Part shown: piece by piece, positions 49,727 through 63,560 of the stretch | Layout: the number at the start of each line of letters is the position of its first letter | How positions within the stretch are numbered: the stretch's first letter is position 1 | Source of the DNA: Iphione sp. A-MEVVRFRX5 | Lineage: Eukaryota | Assembly: GCA_976226885.1 (NCBI GenBank) | Contig: OZ320314.1 | Coordinates: 116,498,001-116,562,000 of the forward strand | DNA: 64,000 bases | Direction: 5' to 3' | Notes under the pieces: generated by a model | Database searches by the model: none | What the model was told of the DNA's origin: nothing | What the model saw: only the letters and a program-made list of their open reading frames with translations | Made by a program: the position numbers and the translations under genes

Positions 49727-51190
49727 CCTTTAGAACCGGCCTCTCGATATTAGAACCGGCCTCTCGATATAAGAAAGCAGCTCTCAATGTAGGAAGGGGT
49801 TGGAGAAGAAGCAGATTTGCTTAAAGTTTCAAGTTACTGATGCCTAGGTCGAATATATCTGCTCAGTGCTGGAATGGTAGATGCATTCACTCCTCAGTTA
49901 TTCTCTTCACCGCAAGTGAAGTTTTGTACCGCATTGCGGTCTTCCTCCCGCCCCCGTTTTTCTGGCCAGCTGCACAGTGGCCAGAGGAAAGCGTATGCAG
50001 TAGTGTATCTCACAGGAAAATATCGTCCCTACTTTATTAACCTGTGAAAAGTTCTCACAGGCACAAAATTCAATCGGTAATATCTTTTAATAGCAAGTTA
50101 CACTACAGTATGTGTTTAATTTTACCTCTCATTGATAATGTGGAACAAGTTTGTGCACACATAAGGCCTTGAAAACGAATCTGTGTTTCCAGTAACATGC
50201 TGAAAGAATTAATGGCGCGGTAAAGAGGTGTTTCTTTGCGTTTTTTTTCACTGTTAATGGAGCCTGAAAAGGACAACTGTGTAAGTCTCTAGTTATATTC
50301 TTTCTCAATATATTTACAAAACAATGACAAAAATAAAAACTTCCATCGGAAAAAAACATAGGGGTCGGTCGGGTTAGCGGAACTAGAGAATTTGTTTTTA
50401 CCTTTTGGCGGTGAAAATCAGGGCACAGTCGTCCAGGTGCTCCGGACGGCTTGGCGGCCACATGAACACACAATTAGCTAGCTTTTATTGGGCAAATTAC
50501 CAGTTCGGAAGACGGTTCACACTCGGCCAGAGATAGTTTCAGAGAACTTCACTCTGGGAAGTCATGTATGGATGAGACGTGTTTTGAAAACTCCTGCACC
50601 GGTATTGCAAATGGATGTTCCCTGCAAACTCCCCCGGCAAACTCCTCACTCCTCATGCGAATCAACTTCAGAGATGTCTTGAGAATCAACGAGGAGAGGA
50701 AATACTCTGGTTTCATTTACATTTACAGTGTCTGGAGAAGGCACATGTCTGCATTTTTGAAAATGAACTAGAATAAGAAATGAACCTCAGTAATGAACAT
50801 CCACCGCCGATTCGACTGCTTCATGTTGTAAACACAAGCCGACGGGTATTGTTGCTGCGGATTTCTTGATTAGTTTTGCTGCAATGCCGTTGTTAATTAA
50901 CAAAATTCTCAGTAGCAGGCGATCATTTCAGAGATACTTCTGTTTAGTAACAGTCCGCGAACACTATTTATTATCCCAGCTTACAGCATTTCGAAGTGAA
51001 AGGGACAATGCGTTATGACATTATCTAATACTTTTCGTTTTTGTTTGAAAGATGATAAATGAATTCGGAAAACTCAATGTCCCACACGGTGCAGGACAAA
51101 GTACCCTATATCTGCTACCTTTATTTAAGTTAATACTGCTGTATCTCCCACTTCATCTACCTCCTTGTATACTGTAGGTGCATCACCTTG

Positions 51191-51534
51191 GGCCCCCAAA
51201 AAATAGTTGCGCTTCTGGTAACGACCAACCAAGAACCTAGGTAGGGAGGGGGGTATTTTTTTTTTTTTAATTTTTTTTTCCACATTGTTCCTCTGGTTTT
51301 CAATAATAATAAAGGCAATATGAAGAAGTTTGACCAATTTGCATGAGTTTTACAGTTTTTTTATGCATTTTCATGGATTTTGTTTTTTACTGAATTTACC
51401 AAAAATATGTATCATGAAAACACATATCTAAGGAAATTCAGCCTTGAAACTCTTTGGGGCTAAAAACTTTTAGGTAGGGTGAGGTTTTACGTGGTAGAGG
51501 TGGGTTACCAGAAACACACCTATTTTTTTGGGCC
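51191..51534 (+). mobile_element. MITE with GGCC termini and 3-bp TSD (TTG); Zator- or Harbinger-like
   Basis: GGCCCCCAAAAAATAG..TTCTGGTAAC / GTTACCAGAA..CTATTTTTTTGGGCC. End relics (AGGCC..TTTCCAGTAAC) also near 12820, 32595, 39045 and 50165. Confidence 0.7.
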
Positions 51535-52684
51535 TTGCCTGACTGTACTCATACTCCAGTAGACCTGTAGTTGAGATCACGAAGGAACCCTTTCCATGTG
51601 TATGATATGATGCCCAGGCCCATAGGCTCAGGACATGCATAAGGCGCTGTTCACATATATCATGATTTTTCCATGCCACGTCCACACACGGGGACAGATA
51701 TTTCTCCAGCCCTGCTTGACTATTGTAGGTATTCACAGCTGTGCAGAATTTTTTCCCAAGTCTGCACACAGGACAGGTTTTCTACACATCCAGATGCAGA
51801 TTCCATAGGAGCCGATGGTAAAATACATCTGGTAAACATCTGGTGTGGGCAATTATGATTAGAAAACAGCAGGGAGTACCTCCATGTCCACACACCGGAA
51901 TGGATTTTTTGCCAGGCTGCATGTGAAACGTGCTTAAGAAATGAGGGAATAGCTTCATACCATCACCCTATCTATGTGTACAGACTTCCCGGTGTTAGAG
52001 GTGGATGCAGGACGGCAATCGGTGGTCATGCAGCACCTCCACAACCTGGGTGTGGGTCAAAAATGTGGCAGAGGTGAATTTGAACCAATGTCAGTTCTCA
52101 CAAATACCCCCAGGGGGGGGGGGGGGTCACTTTGTCTATTGTATTTCGTATGTACACAGAGGTAGACTCGTAAACACATCCCGGTTTGGGAGCGTCCGGA
52201 CTCCTCCGCATCCACGCACCTAGGTGCAATATGTTATACGCATGAAAAGGGTCCCCAAGTACCAGATCACCAGGGAGACAAGTCTGCCGCAGACACCAGA
52301 ATGTTTTAGTGTCAAATACCTATATTTCTATATAGCAAAGACCCCGGAGGAGACCAGCGCTCAACAGAGAGCAGATTCTATCGATCCCATAGGTCTCCTA
52401 AGTGAGGGTTGATTGTAATTTCCTCAGGATGCACTGTTACCACCATCTAATTCTCTTATCACCATGGCTATTGAGGGTAAGGTTCGGCGCTGATCAGAGT
52501 GACTCTTTATCAATGATGAGAGATAGAAGTCAATTGACTGACAGTAAAGGTTGACCCCCACGCCCGCACTGTCGTCCGTAGCAACCACACCTATGCAATT
52601 GGTCTATGCCGAACCACCGACTCTCATCTCCGGTACGCTGGATTCCTGGAGCCTGATTGGCATTATATCGTTTTGATGTTGCAG

Positions 52685-52867
52685 GCTGGCTTGTTGCCTG
52701 CCGCATTCTGGCCATCATCGCTCTCATACTGGAGATCCTGGGTGTGCTCTTCGTCGTCCTGCTCGTGCTCTGGTGGTTCTGCAAGTGGCTGGCCTGCGGG
52801 GAGAGTAAGCGGGATTGCTGCGAGCGATGCATGATCTACACGGCACCCATCCTCTTCATCTTGGCAG
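52685..52867 (+). CDS. Claudin-like gene coding exon 2
   Basis: Acceptor TTTTGATGTTGCAG, phase-compatible with exon 1 (P-G-WLVACRILAII..); TM2 and start of TM3; donor G/GTGAGT. Confidence 0.92.
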
Positions 52868-55329
52868 GTGAGTAACCATCGAAGTGGAGATCGTCTAAAC
52901 GCCTAATATTGTTAATGATATCCCAGCCGTCATCCTAAAATTAGCTTTATCATATCGTAGTTACTAGAGCGACAAAAGGCATTGCCATCTGAACTAGTGA
53001 TAATTGCCTGTGATTGTGCTACAAGCAAAAATGGTCAGTAGTTGAGAAATCTAAATTCAAGCACAGTATTGAAAACAAATATGTTGAGCAGAAAACCTGT
53101 TACAAAAAGGTAGACCAATGAAAATCTGACATACCTTTGTTAGGTTTTATGTCTACATAGAGTCAAACCGTTGATTATTTAGTTCACACATTTTCTGTTA
53201 TGTGATCAGTGACTTAAGCGTTATAGCAGTTACCACAGGTGATGCAAGTTGGTCATTCACACCACACCAGTTGATCAAACATATCCTTTATTTACGAATG
53301 TTCCATGGTTTCAGTCCCGTAAGATCTGTATTGAATGGGTGTTCTATGAATAAATCATTCTAGATTTCCATTTAAGCCACATTGGCCCTCCAGAAAGTAA
53401 TCCAGGATTGCAAATTAAAGTAACTTGTGGATGATGACAATGCATCCACCCTTTACCCATACGGACCTAACGAAATCAAATTCTTACAGGGTGCATTATG
53501 ACATTTTGTGTGTGTGTGTGTCTTTCAGATCATTGCTTAATGATTAAAACTAGCCTGAGTTACCGATGCTTTCCCAGTTCATATTATTTTTCCCTTTGTT
53601 TTAGAGATAGATAAAACAGAAGTGCATAAAAAATTATATAATCATGCTACTTTATTGCATACTTGCATACTTCAGAAAGGTATTAGAAACCATGTTTTTG
53701 TTAAGGGAGTCCACCGTTTCATATTTAGACTTTCTTAGACGGACACGTACTTCTCTTTTTCGGTATCCCCCACTCTCCCTCTTCTTTCCTCTTGGCCTTT
53801 CCCTTCCCTTCTTCTCTCTATTTTCTCTGAAGGCAAGTCAAAATATGCAAAAAGGTCAAAATAGGTCAAATTTGATCAGACCACCATGCAGTAAGTAAAA
53901 AGAGGTCATGCTGGTGAAAAGAGGCCAATACAGGTGAAATTCAGTCAAGCTCTGACAGGCAGTATTTCCAAAGAACTTGGCTCAATATAAATATTTCTTC
54001 AAATTACTAAAACATGATCATACTAAAACATGAGCAGAAGAGCACTGGTCTTGCTAGAGATCTACGATAATATGATTTTGTCAGAGTCATCGCGTATAAT
54101 GAAGCTATTCCATAGTTGGAAAAAACTTAGATTTATAAGGACAGTCTACATTAGTATTTATAGTTGGAGTACACCCACCCAGGCGTATACATCAGGGTTA
54201 GCTTGAAGGATCTGTCAAGCCATATATATGTACGAGGCAGACCCATCGGGATTCAAACTAGTACGGCCAATAGTGAGATTGTCTGGTCTAGGGCACACGT
54301 TTTACACCCACAGCCTTATTCATTTGAACATCTAGTTTGCTTGTCTGACAGGTCATCGAATTCAATACGTCGCGCATCAGGAAAAGGGGATAAGTTAGTG
54401 CCAAATATGAACGCAGAGTAATAGCGTTAAATTTCGATTCCATGAAGAAAATATGTGAAGACTCCAGGCAAAGCTGAGCAATTACACTCCAGAGTTTATA
54501 CGGTGCACCTTGCAAAAATGTGCACTATGAACCAAAATACATGTAACATGTAAAACATGTATATTCTCTATTTGAAAATACGCTCAACAATCAATGTTTC
54601 TGTGTATATTTTACCACTAGTTTATATTAAAAATTTAAAGATATGTTTCACAGGTCTACATACGCCCTACACTCTTGAATTATAACACTGTCAAACAATT
54701 CCTTTTTATTATCTGCATAAAGAATTATAAAATTGGTAAGAAATACTTGTTATTCCCACAGTGACCGTCCCAATGGAAGGTTGTAACAGATTTCCTGTGA
54801 AGACTACACTTGAATCGTAAAAATGAGATGAGATATGTAGTGATACGTATATGGAATAAATATTAAGAGAAAGAGGATTAATGAATTACGGCATGTTATA
54901 TCTATTCTGTCTGTACATATACTGAACCTGGTCTAGATATGATTTGTAGCTTTGTCTTAGAGCTGACAGCACCTTGGCAGGGCCAGGGCTCGTCTATGTA
55001 GGCAGACCTAACTTCTACAAAGGGAATTATCGATGAGGGTCTTCCTTGGAGGTCAGCCATAAGCTGACATGGCCCTTTGTCAAGAGACTGACCTCCACCT
55101 CTACAGCACCGAGTAGCATGTGAAGACGTTAGAGCAGTTCTTTGAAGGCAGAGCTAGCATTGTAGCCATTGAAATCACAACACGAGTCTCCGACCAGAGG
55201 GAGATGTCGGGGGTGAAGGGGATCATGGAAGTGTGTCCCTCGTTAGTAGAGGAGGATGATAGGTGGCTTGGTAATAGACAGGTCTTAGCGGGACTCGCAA
55301 GGGTGGGTCATGATTGGCTGCTTGGATGG

Positions 55330-55660
55330 GAAGGCTGTAGTCTGGTCGGCTCAATGGTCAGTATGATATATCAAAGTTGTCTGGTTGGGTAGGAAGATGT
55401 AGTGTTGTTAGCTCAGTGGTCAGGTATTCAGGATGGTGTAGCATGGTTGGCTGATGGAATGGGTGGATGTAGTGTTGTTGGCATAGTGGTCAGGATGGTG
55501 TAGTGTGATTAGGGAACTGGGTGGATCATGAACTGATCTCAGCTCAATGGTCAGGCTGGTGAAGTTTATTTGGTTGATTGGACAAATGATGTAGTGCTGT
55601 TGGCTCAGCAGTCAGGATGGTGTAGCATGGTTGGCTGCATGGATGGGAGGATGTACGGTG
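55330..55660. repeat. Degenerate minisatellite of about 57-60 bp
   Basis: GATGTAGTG(T/C)TGTTGGC..GTCAGGATGGTGTAGCATGGTTGGCTG repeated about 4 times. Confidence 0.7.
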
Positions 55661-57796
55661 ACCACCAGAGCCAGCAGGAACCATAGATAGCATGTAGTGT
55701 TAGTGCTGTTCTTGATAATAAGGGATAGTATGGTTAGCAGACTAGTTGAGACAGAGGATTTATAAGCATGACCAGTCAGTTGGGCAGAAGGGTGTAGTGT
55801 GTGACCAACCGAGACAGTATGGTGTGAGTATGGGTGTAAGTGAGCCATGGAGTCCCTCTGTTAGTGTGTGTGTGTGTATGTATGTTGGGGAGGGATGAGG
55901 AGAGTGTAGCATGGCAGGTCCCCTCGGCTGGAGGCTGCAGTGTGGTCTGCTGATTAAGTGGGAGGGTGCAGCATAACTGCTGACCCCCCCCCCCCCTCCG
56001 CACTTTTCAGCCCTGGGCTGCGTAATGTAGCTCGTAGTATCAGTCAGTTTAAGTCCTCAGTCCCTCCTAAACATGTATTAGCTACTTTTATAAGCTGATG
56101 ATTGAGGCTTGTTTGTTCTCGTTCATCTGTCATTCTCTTTCTCTGTCTGTTTGTCTGTTTAATGACTCTCTCTCTGTCTCTCTCTCTCTCTCACTCTCTC
56201 TCGATTAGTAAGATCAACAGCCTTGCTGAAATAATGTAGGAAAACATGACAAAAGAAAAAAGAAAAATGCAATTGCTGCGAGAATTTGTTGGGTTTTTTT
56301 TGGGGGGAGGGGGGGGAGAAAGAGGGTCGGAATCTGTTAAAAGGGAAATAAAGATGCCTCGGCGACCTTCCAAATGACTTGGGTTTCAACTGGCACACAA
56401 AACGGAAATGTCAGAAACACCAAGAAAATCTTACACCTTTTATTCTACTATTTTACTGTAGTATTAAGAACGTGATTTATAAATGACAATTGTGCCGGTT
56501 GCAAAGACTTACTGTGTTTTAAAAAGAAACACTGAAATAAATGTGTGAAAACTGTTTGTACATTCATTTAACCCCCTTCTGTCTGAATGATAAAACCTTC
56601 TATATGCCTGTTGCTGTCCTTTGCTGTCCTTTTTTGTTCTATCTGTCTATCTCTCTGGCCCGAAAATTATTTTTTTTTAAGTTTTGGATAGGGTGGTTTA
56701 GTGAAACTATTCACTAGACTGATGATACCCACGTCTGTCATCAAAACAATGATTAATGCCATATATGACCTTCAGAGCTGTGGTTTGGGAGGGATGGAAT
56801 AAACCATTAGTACACTGTTTCCCATGGTTAATTTGTTAGCTCTTGATGTGAAGGGAATCAGTTTAAATTTCTTAAACAGGGTTATTTGTACCATCAAAAA
56901 TTCATTATTAACCATTGTGGCAATGTCTTCAAGATCAGCACAATTTCGAAGTTTATTTCTAAGAACCTGTCGTTCGCTAAAATGACTTTCAAGTAATAAA
57001 TTCTAAATCATATCTTTAAAACCTGATCAGGTAACAGTCGTTTAAAAAATTGTTTTTATTACCGTTGAGACGTTTTATCGCGGCTTACAACGTCTTTCGC
57101 GTAGCTTCTTCAGTTAATTCACTCGTTAACGTCGGAGGGCTTTCACTTCTGCCACGTTATTTCCCAGAGAAAATGGCGAATGTGATAAGGTTTCCAGGGT
57201 GAAAAGGGAAGCTTTCCCATTGGTGTAAGAACAAGCGTCTCGCCTTGCGCTAAAAACAGCTGAGACCTCAGATGGAGTTTCCACCAAGACGATTGCTAAC
57301 AGGTTATTTTGTCAGCGGAATTATTCTAGTACAAGTGTCAGTTGCATAAAATAATAGGTCTGCTAGAAAAATATCTCTGTTTTGAGTAACCCGATCTACA
57401 CCAATGTTTGACCTGTTTGAGCATTTTATTCAATATTTGTTTCGCCTATAAATGTCACAATGAATAATGCTAGGGACTCATACTGTACGGTATTTTCATC
57501 TGTGGGCCCTTGGCTTTAATATAGTATCAGTCTCATTAAGATCCAAGTAATAAAGTTGAGAGTTCCAGGCTTACGTCTAGATCAGTGACTAAAACATTTG
57601 TGTGTTTAAAAAAGAACAAACCACCGATCCATCGACCCTCTATTTTTTCCACCACGTTTCCGGGAAACACAGATATTTTTGGTAAAAGATGGAATTATGA
57701 GTGCAGTGTCCTTTGCTCGTCCGTCGATCCTCACCGGTTTTTGTACATTGTCACCTTTCTTGTCGTTATTTTAATATTCTGTTCGTTTCCTTCCAG

Positions 57797-57999
57797 GCAT
57801 GTTCCTGATGTGCGTTGTAATGATCTTCGGTGACAATGCCTTCCGCCTTCAGTGTAAGGACTTCTGGGTTGGAGGTGATCCGGCTACCAACGTGCTGGCC
57901 TACTCGTGGGGCTTCGAGGTGGCTGCCTGTATCCTGGCCCTCCTGACGGGCGGCTTCCTTATCTGGCTCGTCGTCTTAAAGGCCCGCGATGATATCTAA
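57797..57999 (+). CDS. Claudin-like gene coding exon 3 (stop TAA; total CDS 648 nt, 215 aa)
   Basis: Acceptor GTTTCCTTCCAG, in phase; GMFLMCVVMIFG..YSWGFEVAACILALLTGGFLIWLVV contains the claudin-type (Y/G)WS/GF TM4 motif. Confidence 0.92.
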
Positions 58000-58309
58000 A
58001 TAGTTGGCTAACCTGTTGGCCGCACGTCCGAGCATCCAAGATAACATCAGCTGACGCATGGGGCGGGGGCGGGTGGGGCGGGGGGGGGGGGAATTCAAGC
58101 AGAGAGGCCCCTCGGCAAGCAAGAGTGGGGACTTTCATGGGATATGCTTACTGCCAGGATCTATTTCGTGATTGCGCTCTCGCATAATTACCCGTTATTC
58201 AGAATGGTTACCTTCAGTTTGCCTCCGGTGTAAATGCACATGCCGACGGTAATGAGCAAACGATTTGAAAGAAGACCCATCATACGCTGCACAGTTCCCT
58301 TTGTCTCTT

Positions 58310-58705
58310 GTAGCTTATTTAACGTAACGATTCATAGCCGTTGGCAAGGGACTTACTATCTGTCATTAGATGTTGGCTTTTTTCTCTCTCTCTCTCATAA
58401 AGTTGACGTATGATACTTGCTGAGACGTAATGACAAGAGCGCGTCAAAGAACAGAGAACATGTCTGTAGTCTGCGTGAAAATGCTCCATCCCTCTATCGT
58501 AGGAGCAACTCACACCTAGATATATTGCAGGCGGGAAGCCTTCAGCCTCTCGTAGCATATTTAACGCAATGACTTATAGCCATTGGCAGGGGACTTACTT
58601 TGTCACTATTTTTTTTCGCTCTCTCATAAAGTTGACTTGCGGCAAGGTGCCCCATCCCTGACTGTATACGAGTAGCTCACGCCTAGACCTACTGCAGGCA
58701 AGAAG
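58310..58705 (+). repeat. Diverged tandem duplication downstream of the claudin-like stop codon
   Basis: Copies start at 58310 and 58552 (GTAGC.TATTTAACG.AA.GA.T.ATAGCC.TTGGCA.GGGACTTACT..CTCTCATAAAGTTGAC); the second lacks about 70 bp. Confidence 0.8.
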
Positions 58706-60461
58706 TGCTCATTCTATCCCCTCCTTACGAGCTCGCTTGGTAGTGATTTGTGAAATGAACTGCTGATGACGGCAGTCCCGACAGACATCTTGCTATGCCC
58801 CGTAATCTTCTATTTGGTATAAGGAATACATCCGCTTTCGTGCTCAACGCAAGGCTTATGGTGATAGAGGAGTCATAATATGCACGTCCCTTCGACATTT
58901 CTCTTCCTCTATTTAGCCCCTACAGTTGTACGTACGAGTGTATATAGACATGTACATGTACGAATTACATTATTGATGTGAATGCAATGCATGTCAAGAT
59001 CGTAAATCGCTTCTATAATAGAAATTTGAATCGATATTTTTTTGCATTTTTTCTATGAATATGGGTTGAAAACAGGGGAAAGACCGTGAATAATAATTTA
59101 GATCTTCTTACAATTGAACAAGAATAGATTCTGGATTAGAGAAGATGAAACCCAGCGGAATATGAGCGAATAAATGGAGCTTCTTAGTTGCCACTCATTA
59201 GGATAGCCTTGTTAGGTTTCCTCGAAATGTTTGTTTACTCCGCTTCAATTAACACAAATGTGTATTTGAGGTCCATGCAGTACAGTTTAAACTCATGTAG
59301 GAGACGCACCTTGGGGCTGGAGGATTTGGGTCCTGCCCCAGGATTGGTCCCCCCCCCCTATGAGTTGATTACCAATGTGAGCAGACCGTTTAGGACTGGA
59401 GTGTTTCGGACTCTCTCCCTAGTTAACCCCCCCCCCCCCCTTGAGGGTTGAACGTTAAGAGGGTGTCAACTGTACTGTTAAAGCCCAAGAGTCGATTTCT
59501 ATGAGTAAGACAAGCGCCTATGGCGCCTGCCTTATCGGGCGGAGGGATAGTATTTTACAACCTTCCCTTATGCTTGACTGGGCACAGAGGCGTAGTGATA
59601 CTAAATCTCGTAAAACCCCGTACAGGGCCACATATGTCAGCCTCCATGGCCGGACTACTTTCGGGCAACGTTTTATATAGGTAGTATAATAATGTTTTTA
59701 CCAGGCTGTGCTTTTCCATCCAGAAGATTCTGCAGAAATGGTTTCTCCCAGGTGAAATACGTCGACAGCACTTTCCTTCCCTCTCAGTATATGTAAGCTT
59801 AATGAAATTTATTTTCACTGATGCAAGCGACTCCTTTGAAATGGCAACGTGTATAAAAGATGATAAGTGCACATAAAGCGTGTCAGTTGAAAAACAGTTA
59901 TTTACGTACATATACGCCCCCTTTTGTCAAACAGCGAGCCGTTTTGTTACTCCCAAAGGTCATATTTTGACAGATACTTAACATAAATGATTTTCTAGGT
60001 CAAAATGTAGAAAATCCCCTGACATCTTGCATATTTTTTAACGCACGATCAGGTCTAAACATTAGTGTAGTCACGTCCGCATCGTTCTGTACTTCTCCGT
60101 CACTCATTAAATGGGAGGAATCTCGCTAAATACTGTCCAAGTTTAGTTATTATTGTATACAAAATAGAAGCGATGCATTAAACGTGCAAGGGCTGTAAAA
60201 AGTAACTGTTTCTTTATGGTCATTGTTGGAAAAGGTGTAATTTTTCTGGATCATCTACCGAACCTTTTCTCGCATCGGAATTTCTCTGTAGCTGTCAGTA
60301 ATTATTCAGCAGATCAACTCGTGTGTAGATTGAGTATTTCGTGTACCGACATGTCTTTCATTCAAAAAGGTGTCTCTGTGCTTCACTAATTGAACCATCA
60401 TTTATTTAAGATTGTGGCATAGGTTGAACCAAAGGGCTTTCACATCGTAGGTCATCAAGTA

Positions 60462-60610
60462 CAGTAGAACGCCTCGAATCGGGGCACCATTGGTTCCGTC
60501 GAAACCGTCGCTAATTGAGACATGTCCCTATTGGGGACTTCTCATAATTATGGAGAGTATTAGAGGCATGTCCCTATTGGAGATGTGTCCCTTAGGTGGT
60601 TTTTCTACTG
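60462..60610. mobile_element. Tc1/pogo-like MITE
   Basis: TA/CAGTAGAA...TTCTACTG/TA. Confidence 0.75.
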
Positions 60611-62339
60611 TACATATATATGATTTATGCATAATATACGAATTGTTCATGCTTTCACGAACCATGCAAACTGTTCTAAACACACCTAGACATATATATA
60701 TATATATATATTATTTTGTATTGAAGGAACTACTCACAAGAACCAACAGGTACTCTGTACCGTGGTACCAACCTAAACGTTTAGCGTGTTGTAGCATTCT
60801 TGTCTAGGGCCAACAGTGAACTTAAAGAATACCCCCTGTCTATGAAAAAGATAATATTCTTTTTTCACTTTGAAGATATTTAATGTCAATACGAAGGTGC
60901 TGTTCACAAGTACATGCACAACGGTGCAAATTGTCTTGCATGTTGCATAATAAAATCCATTATGAATATTGTACTTACTTCATTGTCTTTCTTATCTTCT
61001 GTCAAGGTGGGCACAGGTGAGACCCGCGGTTTGTACCTAGTTGTTATGGGGAAGGTGGTGGTATCTATATAGGTCGGGATGAGAGGTGGTGCTGGTTCTG
61101 TTGCCACATCATTACCATGGTGGTGCTTATTGTCCAAGTTTGAAGAATGCTGACTATTTAAAGAAACAATAAGTAATCATTAGCGTGGTTTGAAAAGACC
61201 CTGTGTTAGCTGTTTTCAAAGGAAGGTAACATAAGTGAATCGCCAAAAAGATCCTTTATTCCGCCTACAGTTCGGCTTTCAATCCTTTTAGGACAATGAA
61301 AACGGCGTTTTAAAGAAAACGCTGATTCATGAATTTTAATTTTGGTGTCCAGTTTCGGATAACATTTTCCTTCACATTGATGTATTCTAAATTGTTGCTC
61401 GTGGATTTTCGAGCACAGCCTCGACTTGGACAAGCCATGTTGTATACGGAGGGTTTAGATAGGAAACCATCCAGGCTAGGATGTTTTATGTCCTTAATCT
61501 TCGAGTTGTCAACATATCTAATTGATTACACTGGATATGTTACCTGAAAGTAGGTTTGGACGGTGGAGTTCTCATCTTGTAGTGCTGTGGTTTTGGAAAG
61601 GTACATTACATATTTCATTACTGCACATATTTGGAAATGATAAGAAAGATACCGATTGATACATACTCTGTGTGTAACAATAGTTCATTTTTGGAAGTAT
61701 GTGGCATATCTGACCTTACCTTTTCAGAGATGAATAGGGAACCACAAAAACCTTCCTTGTGGTGAACCAAGCAGAACTTCCCTCAAGGATAACAACCAGT
61801 GCCGAAAACGCGTCTATAAAGTACTGCCTTTTCGTTCGCAAATTTTATGCATACATAATACATTTCCAACGATTATTTGTGAGGAAGGTCCTCTTTGATG
61901 GTACACTCGAGACGTTTTAGTTCGGATCTTAATGGGGCTTGTTGACTTTTCCAGAATGCAGCCAGCAGATAAAGAGGGCTCCCTTTGAAATATGCTCAGT
62001 GTTAGGCTCTGGCATAAAAAAAGGAATAATACAGAATAGCTTTAATACCAATTACCAATACCAATCAAGCTAAAAAAGCTAAAACCAAGAACATTTTATA
62101 CTTTCTATAAGGCAAAAGGTTTGTAGTCAAAGTAAAACCATGTTCGATGGAACTTGAAAAAAACGCATTAATCATACAGCAGAGTATGGCCTTTTTGATA
62201 TTAAGGATTCTTTTAAAATCCTGCAAAGTTGCATTATCTCGTGAAGATCTCCATAACGCTGAATAATGTACTAAGATTCAGAGGGGACTCAATAATGCAT
62301 CACCAAGAATTAAAAACATCCAAACGCTTAAAAAAAGAG

Positions 62340-63560
62340 CAGATAATAATGATTATAATGATGAAGTTTATTGTCTCGCCTCTTACTTGAAGCTTTCCAG
62401 AAGTTGGCAATGGATGGCTATTCACCAGCATTTAGGTAGACTTAAAACCAACAATCAGATTTCTTGGATAGCACACTTTGAATTCTCTTCAAGAGGTTTT
62501 TAAGTTGATGCGTTCTGGCAGTGAGTTCCATTTCTTAAGGCCTTATTACAAGCTGTGATTTCCTTTATTCTCCTCTTTTTAACTACACCTGGTCCTCCTA
62601 CCTTTGGCCTGTAGCATTAGCTCCTTTGTCAACACTAACCTTTGGATTTCAACCACGCTTTTTTCTCAAATTAAATTGTATACCTGTCTATACGTTCTGT
62701 CGTCACAGCAAGAGAATATTACTCACTGTTGTGCTTTATTATAGGTTGTTTGCAGTCCTTTAAGGAATGTTTTCTTTGTTTCTTGGATAAAACGAGCTAT
62801 ATATCTGAACTGAGTATCAACATACACAGTGAAAAGCATCTCCCTCATTTTCCTTGGGAGAAGTCGTTTGATTTTTGCTAGGTTGTAGAATGCTAGCATA
62901 ATTATTGTGCTTGGTGCTAACAATAGTTTCCCCCCAGGACAGATTTGGATCTAATGAATAACCAGGTATTTTCATAGAATGACAATGATGCCGCGTTTGA
63001 TTGTATATAATATCCAAGATATGCCATGTTCTGATAATGAGATGTAAACATTTATCATTCATATCATATCATTTGTACATAGTCATAAGCACAAAGATCT
63101 GAAGATATAATACAAATATTGTATGTTCACCCTTCAGAAATAAATTGAATCAAATCAAATCAAATCAAATTATACAACCATCTTCGTTTGACAAGTCTCC
63201 CAGCAACATGTAAGCACTCATTTTTACATTAAGAACTAGTCTGTTCTGCCTACACTGCTTACACTAATCTAACATTCTTAAGAGGCATTCTTGTGTAGTA
63301 TTTAATACCATTTTCATGGTTTTGGCACTCACAACTACATTTGCAGGTAAAATAGTCACAACACTATTTATGACTATACCAAATACTAATGATCCTATAT
63401 GGGACCCTTGTGGCACTTCTATTTGTTGTAATTTTCTTCGAGAGTTTTTGTACTTTACTCAAACAAATTGTGACCTATCGGTGAAGTAATTTTCTCAAAA
63501 TTCTACATAGCGATAGCCTAGTGATTAAGTGATTAATCATCATAATCACTAACAAAAGTC
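62340..63560 (-). mobile_element. Decayed CR1/L2-group LINE RT remnant
   Basis: Minus strand gives EVPQGPI*GSLVF (cf. GVPQGSILGPLLF) near 63390-63420 and LAKIKRLLPRKMREMLFTVYV; AATAAAC plus CAT/TAT-repeat tail near 62340-62372. Confidence 0.7.

Noticed and set aside
57067-57113. Hammerhead-like core on the - strand (CTGAAGA-AGCTACGC-GAA-AGACG...CGTCT-C, followed by AATAAA), reminiscent of Penelope-type ribozymes
   Set aside because: Stem III pairs, but the core has an extra base and stem I does not pair. At best a dead relic.
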